In this document: positions 7,959-14,653 of the stretch, piece after piece
Layout: every line of letters begins with the position of its first letter
How positions within the stretch are numbered: the stretch's first letter is position 1
Position numbers and translations under genes: made by a program
DNA from: Oculatellaceae cyanobacterium bins.114
Lineage (GTDB): Bacteria > Cyanobacteriota > Cyanobacteriia > Elainellales > Elainellaceae
Assembly (NCBI GenBank): GCA_033764315.1
Contig: JANRJA010000153.1
Span: 1-14,653 of the forward strand
Length of the DNA: 14,653 bases
Direction of reading: 5' to 3'
Notes under the pieces: model-generated
Told to the model about the DNA's origin: nothing
Databases searched by the model: none
Seen by the model: the letters and a program-made list of their open reading frames with translations, nothing else

Positions 7959-8144
7959 ATGAATCCGTGGCAAGTTGGTATGTTCTTGAGACGATTCTGC
8001 GGGTGGAGTATCAATATCCTCTCTGTCCTAATGGTCGTTGGCGGTCTGCACCTCACCTTTTTGGGAGAAGACCAAGACGACAGACTGATTGGGGCTACCA
8101 ATATTATCTTTGGGGCGACTCTCTTTGCCCCTGTTGAAGATTAG
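7959..8144 (+). CDS. Small hypothetical membrane protein, 61 aa
   Basis: ATG preceded by purine-rich GGGGAAGGTGAAGAC; two hydrophobic segments separated by the acidic loop GEDQDDR; lies in otherwise empty intergenic space. Confidence 0.55.
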   Translation: MNPWQVGMFLRRFCGWSINILSVLMVVGGLHLTFLGEDQDDRLIGATNIIFGATLFAPVED

Positions 8145-8468
8145 CAGATAAGCTGGTAGGTGTCTGTGGATCAGCCCTTTCGAGCAAAGTGGATTGAGCG
8201 ACTCTTAATAATCAGGGGAAATCCCTTTTAGTCCAGGGTTCCAACTTCCTTCGATAGAGTGAGTCCTATCCACAACTGGAAAGATTCCTGATAGCGATCG
8301 CTAAAAGCTCCAGTGCGATCGCCCTAGTAGTTTGGGATTGACGAAGGAAACGCAACAACGGCTTAGGGTCTACCAAAAACCTCAAACAGGGTATCCAAAC
8401 TAAAAGCACAGTAATCGTTCTTCCGTTGATTCTCCACACCCCTGTTGGTGAGTTTGTCGAACCACATC

Positions 8469-9077
8469 CTACTCCTCTTGCATCACCTGATCCAACACAC
8501 TCAATAACCGCTCAACTGGGGCATTGGGTTCTAAGAAGGAAAACAAGTGGCGATCGCGAATTTGACTCCGTTTATTCAGCACAAACTGGGCTGGCAGAGG
8601 TGCTCCGAGGGCTTGCCCCACCTGATAGGTGCGAAATACACGGCAACTCGGATCACTCAACAACGGCATCCGCAACCCCAAGTCTTGCATCACAATTTTG
8701 CTTTGTCGCTGGTCTGTGCTGGTAATCATCAACACTTCTGCGCCCCGTTGTAAAAATTGGTCATAGGCTTCATTCAGGGCTTTGATGTGGGGATAGCACA
8801 GTGGACAATATTGCTTTTCAGTAAAAATGCGTGTAAAAGCTAACACTACAGGACGGTTCCAGGCTTCTAGTTCGGGGTTGGTGTTACCTGTGTAGTCTGA
8901 TAGTTTGACTTGCTGACTCGTGCCAACGTTAAGCAATTGAAAGGGGGGTGCAGGACTGCCAATCTCAAACTTGTTAGTCGCTGGAATAGGCAAAAAGTTC
9001 TTGAAAAATCGTTGATTAAATAGACCTCTAAAGTCGGTAGAGGTCAGAAAGTTTGTTGCAGGCGTTGTCGCGGTCAT
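8469..9077 (-). CDS. AhpC/TSA (redoxin) family peroxiredoxin-like protein with a CxxC motif
   Basis: GSPAPPFQL..VKLSDY, VVLAFTRIFTEKQYCPLCYPHI, GAEVLMITSTD, MPLLSDP..VFRTYQV, PLPAQFVLN. Confidence 0.88.
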   Translation of the reverse strand: MTATTPATNFLTSTDFRGLFNQRFFKNFLPIPATNKFEIGSPAPPFQLLNVGTSQQVKLSDYTGNTNPELEAWNRPVVLAFTRIFTEKQYCPLCYPHIKALNEAYDQFLQRGAEVLMITSTDQRQSKIVMQDLGLRMPLLSDPSCRVFRTYQVGQALGAPLPAQFVLNKRSQIRDRHLFSFLEPNAPVERLLSVLDQVMQEE

Positions 9078-9123
9078 AGTCGAAGAGAGTTAACTAGATC
9101 TATTCAAACTTAGAGCAAAATCC

Positions 9124-9176
9124 AAAAAAAACCTCAATGTCATGGATATAATTTCAACCCAATAACAATGAGGTTT
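9124..9176 (-). terminator. Probable intrinsic terminator after the 2-Cys Prx gene
   Basis: Minus strand reads AAACCTCATTGT...ACATTGAGGTTT (11/12 stem) running into a U8 tract. Confidence 0.65.
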
Positions 9177-9230
9177 AAGGAACATTTAGACTGCGATCGC
9201 AGCCACCTGACGTGAGCCTAAGTCGCTTGC

Positions 9231-9836
9231 TTACACAGCCGCGAAGTACTCTTTAGACTTAACAGGATCAGGAGTCATAGTGGCATCACCAGGCTTCCAA
9301 CCTGCAGGGCAGACTTCATCGGGGTGAGACTGCACATACTGAATCGCTTGCAAGGTACGCAGAGTTTCATCAACGCTGCGACCAAATGCCAAGTTGTTGA
9401 TGGTGGCGTGCTGAATCACACCATCTTTGTCAATCAAGAACAAGCCCCGGAGAGCAATTCCTGCTTCAGGATCGAGCACGTTATAAGCCGCACTGATCTC
9501 TTTCTTGATGTCAGACACGAGAGGATAGGTCAAATCACCAACACCGCCAGACTTGCGGTCAGTCTGAATCCAAGCGAGGTGAGAAAACTCACTATCAACA
9601 GAAACCCCTAAAACTTCGGTGTTGATAGACTTAAACTCTTCGTAGCGATCGCTAAAAGCAGTAATCTCAGTGGGGCAAACGAAGGTGAAATCTAATGGGT
9701 AGAAGAATAGAACAACGTATTTGCCGCGATAGTCAGATAATTTAATAGTCTTGAATTCCTGGTCATATACAGCGGTGGCTGTAAAATCAGGCGCGGTTTG
9801 ACCTACCCGGAGACATCCTTCAATCTGGTGAGTCAT
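9231..9836 (-). CDS. tpx: Typical 2-Cys peroxiredoxin (AhpC/Prx1 class)
   Basis: Peroxidatic [14 protein letters not shown], resolving EVCPAGW, GGVG motif and C-terminal YF motif; SD AGGAGAG upstream. Confidence 0.97.
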   Translation of the reverse strand: MTHQIEGCLRVGQTAPDFTATAVYDQEFKTIKLSDYRGKYVVLFFYPLDFTFVCPTEITAFSDRYEEFKSINTEVLGVSVDSEFSHLAWIQTDRKSGGVGDLTYPLVSDIKKEISAAYNVLDPEAGIALRGLFLIDKDGVIQHATINNLAFGRSVDETLRTLQAIQYVQSHPDEVCPAGWKPGDATMTPDPVKSKEYFAAV

Positions 9837-9971
9837 GCAATCACTCTCCTAAAAACTAACTTGCGTCTAAGAACTACTATCAATTTACGAGTCGAATGCT
9901 GGTGATGTTGGCAACACAAATGATGCATCCCGGCACTGTAATCTGTGAGCAACAGCAGGCATTTACGAACT

Positions 9972-9996
9972 GTTACGACTATATCATAGTCATAAC
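9972..9996. promoter_or_regulatory. 11-3-11 inverted repeat upstream of the 2-Cys Prx gene, containing a candidate -10
   Basis: GTTACGACTAT-atc-ATAGTCATAAC with 10/11 symmetry; minus-strand TATGAT at 9988-9983. Confidence 0.6.
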
Positions 9997-10117
9997 GATT
10001 TTGACTAAAGCGATCGCCCCACGATTCATCTCAAATTTATATTTCCTGGAACAGGCTTTAATTTACCCAGAGGAATGTCCGATAAAATACCTAATCTAAG
10101 CCTGCAACAGGATCGAT

Positions 10118-12172
10118 ATGGATAGTCTAGATACGCGAGAGTGGCTGCTGACCAATGGATTGGGTGGATTTGCCAGTGGGACGGTGTGTGATGCCCACAC
10201 CCGCACTTATCACGGTTGGTTAATCGCAGCATTAGAACCGCCAGTTCAGCGAACCCTCCTGTTATCGCGGATTGATGCCACCTTGGAAATCTCTGGACAA
10301 GGCTTTGAACTGGGCACTAATGTGTGGGTTAGCGGCACGATCGCCCCCCTCGGTTATAAACTGTTGCAATCGTTTCAGACTCATCCAATTCCACGTTGGG
10401 TTTGGGGGCATTATGACTGGCAGTTTTCACGCGAAATTCTTTTGCCTTATGGGTTGTCACCCTCTATAGAAGACAAACCCCCGTCTTTTTGCAATCGGGT
10501 CTTAATTCGCTATCGCTATGAGGGGCAAGATCCGGCGTTGTTAAAGCTCAGACCAATCATCGGCGATCGCAACTTTCATGCCCAACAACATACCGATCCA
10601 GACCTCCGATTTTCTCAAGTTATAGAGCCTCAACGCATTCACCTGCAAGCCATGCGCTCTAACTGGGTAGGCACCCTCTGGCAACTCGCTTGGACTCAAG
10701 GACAATATCACCCAGATGCGGTGTGGTATTGGAGCTATCGCTATCTCGAAGAAACGCAGCGTGGTCTAAGAGATCAGGAAGATTTATTTAGTCCTGGCTA
10801 TCTGACTATTTTGTTGCAGCCTGGAGAGAGTGTCACCCTCGAAGGCAGAGTTGACCCCCCTGGTACGACCTATTACCCATTGCCCGATCGCCACTCCTTT
10901 GACCAAGCTTTGCAACTAGAACAACAACGCCTGAGCGATCGCATTACTCCTGCACTAGAGCAATTTGGGCTAAAAGAAGCCTCTCATCAGTCTGAGCAAG
11001 CTCTAATCTTGCAGCAACTCCTGCAAGCTGGAGAGCAATTTATCACTTATCGCGCATCAATTGCGGGGCCAACCGTCATCGCGGGATATCACTGGTTCAA
11101 CGATTGGGGACGAGATACATTGATTGCTCTACCAGGGCTTGCCTTAACAACGCATCAATTTTCTCTGGCCAAAGGCTTGCTCGAAACCTTTGGCACCTAT
11201 TGTCAAGATGGATTAATTCCCAATACCTTTCCAGATGCCAGCTCAAGACCTACTTATAACAGCCTAGACGCTGCCCTATGGTGGATTGAAACCTTGGGCT
11301 TATATCTCGAAGCAACCCAAGATTGGGACTTTTTGCGCGATCAATACCCAATTGTCCAACGGATCTATAAGGCGTTTATGGCAGGCACGTCCTATCACAT
11401 TCGGATTGATGCCTTTGATGGACTAGTCACCTGGGAGTTTCCAGGCGTTGCCTTGACCTGGATGGATGCGGTGGTTGATGGACAACCCGTTACTCCGCGT
11501 CAGGGAAAACCGATTGAGATCAATGCTCTTTGGTACTCTGCTTTGTGTTGGGCCAATCAATGGGCAGAACGGTTGCAAAAAAACGCGAATGGTGACGAGA
11601 CAACCAAATTTGTTAATCAAGCTCGCCGTTATGCTCAGCAAGCAGAGCAAGTCAAAGCATCTTTGCAAAAATTTTGGAATGCTGAGTATGGCTATTTTTA
11701 CGATCGCATTGAACCCAACGATCGCCCCGATGGTTCCATTCGCCCCAACGCGGTGATTGCGTTGTCTTTGTATCATTGTGGTTTTTCAGCCCAACAAGCG
11801 CAGCAAGCATTGCAGGTTGCTCGCGATCGCCTCCTCACCCCCTATGGTCTGCGCTCCCTCGATCCCTTTCATCCCAGCTATCTTGGTCGCTATGCAGGCA
11901 ATCCTCGTTACCGAGATTGTGCCTATCATCAAGGCACTGTCTGGAGCTGGTTAATTGGCCCTTTTATTCGCGCATGGCAACGGTTTTATCCTACAGAACC
12001 TCTCCCCTGGAGCGGCGATCGCCTGTTTGAGCATCTGCAACATCAGGCGGGTCTGGGGTCAATCTCAGAAATCTTTGACGGTGATGCGCCTCATGCACCT
12101 CAAGGGGCGATCGCTCAAGCTTGGTCTGTTGCTGAGTTGATTCGCCACTGGAATGACCTTAATCAGGCATAA
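10118..12172 (+). CDS. Amylo-alpha-1,6-glucosidase / glycogen debranching enzyme (GDE_N + GDE_C, GH133-like)
   Basis: REWLLTNGLGGFASGT, TRTYHGWL, IAGYHWFNDWGRDTLIALPGL, GLIPN, LTWMDA..TPRQGKPIEINALWY, LLTPYGLRSL, AYHQGTVWSWL, EIFDGD..AQAWSVAE. Confidence 0.95.
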   Translation: MDSLDTREWLLTNGLGGFASGTVCDAHTRTYHGWLIAALEPPVQRTLLLSRIDATLEISGQGFELGTNVWVSGTIAPLGYKLLQSFQTHPIPRWVWGHYDWQFSREILLPYGLSPSIEDKPPSFCNRVLIRYRYEGQDPALLKLRPIIGDRNFHAQQHTDPDLRFSQVIEPQRIHLQAMRSNWVGTLWQLAWTQGQYHPDAVWYWSYRYLEETQRGLRDQEDLFSPGYLTILLQPGESVTLEGRVDPPGTTYYPLPDRHSFDQALQLEQQRLSDRITPALEQFGLKEASHQSEQALILQQLLQAGEQFITYRASIAGPTVIAGYHWFNDWGRDTLIALPGLALTTHQFSLAKGLLETFGTYCQDGLIPNTFPDASSRPTYNSLDAALWWIETLGLYLEATQDWDFLRDQYPIVQRIYKAFMAGTSYHIRIDAFDGLVTWEFPGVALTWMDAVVDGQPVTPRQGKPIEINALWYSALCWANQWAERLQKNANGDETTKFVNQARRYAQQAEQVKASLQKFWNAEYGYFYDRIEPNDRPDGSIRPNAVIALSLYHCGFSAQQAQQALQVARDRLLTPYGLRSLDPFHPSYLGRYAGNPRYRDCAYHQGTVWSWLIGPFIRAWQRFYPTEPLPWSGDRLFEHLQHQAGLGSISEIFDGDAPHAPQGAIAQAWSVAELIRHWNDLNQA

Positions 12173-12329
12173 CGTCAGTTCGGTTTAAGCAGCCCAGCGA
12201 ATAAATTTGCGGCTACCAGAGCAAAGTCCGCTTTCGCGGACTACTAAAATCAAAGGTTTACTGAACTGACGCAGGTCGGTTTTGCTCATATAGCAGCGGT
12301 TTCAACCGCCAAAATCCTTATCTCAGGTT
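12171..12329 (+). mobile_element. Structured MITE-like element, copy 1, with a 10-bp target-site duplication
   Basis: Left end AACGTCAGTTCGG..TAAG; degenerate right end CTTATCTCAGGTT; flanked by AATCAGGCAT (12161-12170) and AACCAGGCAT (12330-12339). About 85% identical by hand alignment to 14528-14653 in reverse orientation. Confidence 0.8.
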
Positions 12330-12468
12330 AACCAGGCATAAGGATGTAGGGAAGGGAAAACAAGAACTGGAGGGATAGGGGGAAGCCCAACCGAGTGACC
12401 AGTAACGTTTTCCTTCGATCGATAAGAAAATATTAATTAGCACTATACATAATTTTATGCAAGCTCTC

Positions 12469-12518
12469 TTGACGTTTTGTAACAATATTGTTTACATTAG
12501 TTTACATAAGGTTACTCA
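12469..12518 (+). promoter_or_regulatory. psb34 promoter with an HLR1-type (RpaB) direct repeat
   Basis: TTTACATT-ag-TTTACATA (12491-12508) matches (G/T)TTACA(T/A)(T/A)-N2 repeats, with a weaker third unit GTTACTCA. TTGACG (12469-12474)-N18-TACATT (12493-12498). Confidence 0.75.
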
Positions 12519-12535
12519 ACTAAGGACGAAATACT

Positions 12536-12706
12536 ATGTACACCACTATTAATGAGCAAGGTCAACTGAATAACTATGCGACTGAGCCTGTTCTCTACTA
12601 CGCTGAATATCCTTCACCCTCACAGCAACAACGCTATGCTTTCCTCGGAGCCGTTGCCACTTTGTTCGTTAGCACTTTAGTCCTTGTTGCTTTGGCTGTT
12701 AGCTAA
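12536..12706 (+). CDS. psb34: Ssl1498-family light-harvesting-like protein / photosystem II assembly factor Psb34, 56 aa (absent from the ORF track)
   Basis: MYTTINEQGQLNNYATEPVLYYAEYPSPSQQQRYAFLGAVATLFVSTLVLVALAVS*: Hlip-like G-x-LNNYA-x-EP N-terminus and one C-terminal TM helix; SD TAAGGA upstream. Confidence 0.9.
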   Translation: MYTTINEQGQLNNYATEPVLYYAEYPSPSQQQRYAFLGAVATLFVSTLVLVALAVS

Positions 12707-12762
12707 TAACGCTCTAGCTTAAAGAGCCATTGTTAAAAAGCCATTGTTACAGTGGCTAAATG

Positions 12763-12835
12763 ATCCCCAGGTGCTCCTATTGACCTGGGGATTCTTGTAT
12801 TTATTCTTCTTTCTTCTCTTTTCTTTTTTCTTTTT
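12763..12835 (+). terminator. Stem-loop plus pyrimidine tract between convergent psb34 and oxidoreductase genes
   Basis: ATCCCCAGGT-N10-ACCTGGGGAT (12763-12792, perfect 10-bp stem) followed by a long T/C-rich run. Confidence 0.7.
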
Positions 12836-13925
12836 ACCCTTGTGGCACCTCAACCCAAGTCCCAGTCTGGTTAGATTGGTGCGTCAAATCCATCAACAGT
12901 TGCGAATAAACTCCTTCTCGCAACGATGGTGCCAGCGATTCTCCTTGATCGATCGCCTCAACCCACCGATCGATCACTCGAATAAACGGAGCCAGACGAC
13001 CATCTGCGTAGGTCTTAGGAAACTCTAGCCGAGCTGGAATCTCAACTTCAGCTAAGGGTTGTCCAGTTGCTGCTGCCCACAGCTTAAACCCATGCACATA
13101 GTCACTCTGGTTATCGCTTCCTAAAACAAGTGTGCCGCGATCGCCATACACCTCGATCCAGTGCCCTCGACCCTGAAACGCCACTGAACTAAGCAACATC
13201 TGACAGGGAGTTCCATCTACCATCTCTAAGGTGAGACTACAGGTATCGTCAGAATCGACCTGTTTGGTTTCGCCTGTGGTGGGGTCAACCCGAGTGGCGA
13301 TCGCCGTATTCAATCGTCCCCACAATCGCCGCACTGGACCAAACAACCAAGAAACGTAGTCAAAGGCATGAGAGCCGATCGCTCCCAGTGCTCCACCTCC
13401 CTGATCTTTGCGGGCATACCAGTTCCAGGGTTTAGTGACATCGGCACGACTCGACACAAGCCAATCAATGTTGATGAGTCGGGGTTGTCCTACAAATCCC
13501 TCAGCTAACAATTCTGCTAATCGTTGCCATGCTGGAACGAAGCGAAATTCAAAGTCGAGGGCAGTGATGGCTTGATGAGCAACAGCTAAATCGTGTAGAG
13601 CTTGGGCTTCAGTGACAGATAGGGCAGTAGGCTTTTCTAACAGCAGATGTTTGCCTGCGGCTAGCACAGTTTGTGCCATCTCATAGTGCAAAAATGGAGG
13701 GGTAGAAATGCTAACGGCCTGCACCTCTGGCAGAGCAACGACTTGCTCAAGGCTAGAACAGGCATGGGGGATAGCATGAGTAGTGGCGATCGCCTGGGCT
13801 TTTTGTAAATCGCGGTGATAAACCGCAACCACCTGAGTCCGGTGGTGTGCCTGGAACCCTGGAATATGAATTTTTTGACCAAACCCAGTTCCAACAACAG
13901 CAATACCAATCGTAGATTGAGTCAT
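12834..13925 (-). CDS. Gfo/Idh/MocA-family NAD(P)-dependent oxidoreductase
   Basis: IGIAVVGTGFG Rossmann motif, AVSISTPPFLHY, GKHLLLEKP, FEFRF, GGGALGAIGSHAFD. Likely start is ATG 13925 rather than 13955. Confidence 0.93.
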   Translation of the reverse strand: MTQSTIGIAVVGTGFGQKIHIPGFQAHHRTQVVAVYHRDLQKAQAIATTHAIPHACSSLEQVVALPEVQAVSISTPPFLHYEMAQTVLAAGKHLLLEKPTALSVTEAQALHDLAVAHQAITALDFEFRFVPAWQRLAELLAEGFVGQPRLINIDWLVSSRADVTKPWNWYARKDQGGGALGAIGSHAFDYVSWLFGPVRRLWGRLNTAIATRVDPTTGETKQVDSDDTCSLTLEMVDGTPCQMLLSSVAFQGRGHWIEVYGDRGTLVLGSDNQSDYVHGFKLWAAATGQPLAEVEIPARLEFPKTYADGRLAPFIRVIDRWVEAIDQGESLAPSLREGVYSQLLMDLTHQSNQTGTWVEVPQG

Positions 13926-14025
13926 GACCCTCTTGAATGCAACCATTAAGCACATGACTTATTTTCGCTGCATGAGTCACACTCTACAATTGCTTGTTGG
14001 TAAACGATGTCCAACTTAGAGGTCT

Positions 14026-14091
14026 AGATCCCCAGTTTCTCATCAGCATTATCAAAGGGGTCTGATTCCCATCACCCAAAGCCGGGGATCT
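14026..14091. repeat. Degenerate AGATCCCC...GGGGATCT inverted repeat
   Basis: AGATCCCCAGTTT (14026-14038) pairs imperfectly with AAAGCCGGGGATCT (14078-14091); intergenic. Confidence 0.45.
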
Positions 14092-14167
14092 TAGAACAGT
14101 CGCACATGGGGTTTGTGGTTTTCTCTTAGTTACAGCCTTAAAAGAATCTGGAAAAAAGGCATCTCGA

Positions 14168-14458
14168 TTATTGGTTAGCTTCCTCTGAGGGAGTGTTGGG
14201 ACGACGACGAAACCAACCCAACAGGTTAGCTCCTGTGACTAACAATCCAACCAACCCCAGCCCTGTTAGCAGTGGATAAATAGTCTCTAATCCCACCAGA
14301 TGCATCGTGTGGAGTTCAATCATAAAGTGACCAACTTTTCCCATATGAAGCCACTCATCAAAAATGACATAGCCCATGCCTGTTAAAACAGTCAGCAACA
14401 ATGGCAGACTCAGAATCAAAGCCAAACTCCGGTGATATTTACGAAATACACGATTCAT
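14168..14458 (-). CDS. Small membrane protein, PepSY-associated TM helix-like, 96 aa
   Basis: MNRVFRKYHRSLALILSLPLLLTVLTG...ELHT...IYPLLTGLGLVGLLVTG shows the R-x-x-H and LH His pattern of PepSY_TM helices; GGAG SD before ATG 14458. Confidence 0.75.
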   Translation of the reverse strand: MNRVFRKYHRSLALILSLPLLLTVLTGMGYVIFDEWLHMGKVGHFMIELHTMHLVGLETIYPLLTGLGLVGLLVTGANLLGWFRRRPNTPSEEANQ

Positions 14459-14514
14459 ATGTTGCTGCTCCAAAAATAGTAGTGGTGGACAGGCTCTCAT
14501 CCTGGACTTAATCG

Positions 14515-14653
14515 AACGTGAATTCGGGATAAGGATTTTGGCGGTTGAAACCGCAACTACAGGAGCAAAACCGACCTGCGTCGGTTCACTCACCCCTTGA
14601 TTCTCCGTAGTTCGCGAAGGCGAACTTCGCTCTGATAGCTGCGAATTTATTCG
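14515..14653 (-). mobile_element. Structured MITE-like element, copy 2 (inverted, truncated by the window end)
   Basis: Begins AACGTGAATTCGGGATAAG; the reverse complement of 14528-14653 aligns with 12198-12322. Confidence 0.8.

Larger units (their letters stand above)
369..13793. repeat. HIP1 octamer GCGATCGC dispersed through the window
   Basis: Roughly 30 copies by eye (e.g. 369, 767, 5942, 9193, 13786); none seen inside the IS1380 element. Confidence 0.95.

Noticed and set aside
8426..10232. ORFs 8426-8725, 8547-8753, 9324-9611, 9896-10099 and 10026-10232
   Set aside because: They are antisense shadows or span the divergent promoter region, with no coding signal.
12479..12495. Possible NtcA site upstream of psb34
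   Set aside because: The spacing is GTA-N11-TAC rather than N8; HLR1 explains the sequence better.
10272..13980. Short ORFs nested in the GDE and oxidoreductase genes, including 12744-13028
   Set aside because: Alternative-frame artefacts; the Phe/Leu-rich stretch of 12744-13028 is just the terminator's pyrimidine tract.
14459..14593. N-terminal 45 aa of the 141-aa ORF
   Set aside because: It starts inside MITE copy 2; the real start is most likely ATG 14458, which has a GGAG SD.
12171..14653. Repeat copies as a CRISPR array or tRNA
   Set aside because: Only two dispersed inverted copies, no repeat-spacer periodicity, no cas genes, and no T-loop/anticodon cloverleaf consensus.

Overview
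Cyanobacterial chromosomal DNA (dense HIP1 GCGATCGC octamers, psb34, 2-Cys peroxiredoxin). In order: 3' end of alanine dehydrogenase; a convergent sensor histidine kinase built from two tandem membrane+DHp modules, the first lacking the phospho-His; a complete IS1380-family element (2605-4222, TTAG duplication) just upstream of the kinase; a divergent TetR / Coq4-like protein / MFS exporter module with three palindromic operators (ATGAG-N5-CTCAT) over back-to-back promoters; a 70-bp MITE-like element; a small membrane protein; a redoxin plus 2-Cys Prx pair; an amylo-alpha-1,6-glucosidase; a structured ~160-bp MITE with a 10-bp target duplication and a second inverted copy at the window end; psb34 (absent from the ORF track) under an HLR1/RpaB-type box; a Gfo/Idh/MocA oxidoreductase; and a small PepSY-TM-like protein. 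Best candidates for novelty are the TetR-Coq4-MFS module, the duplicated pseudo-DHp kinase and the structured MITE family. All family calls come from motif recognition by eye, with no database searches.
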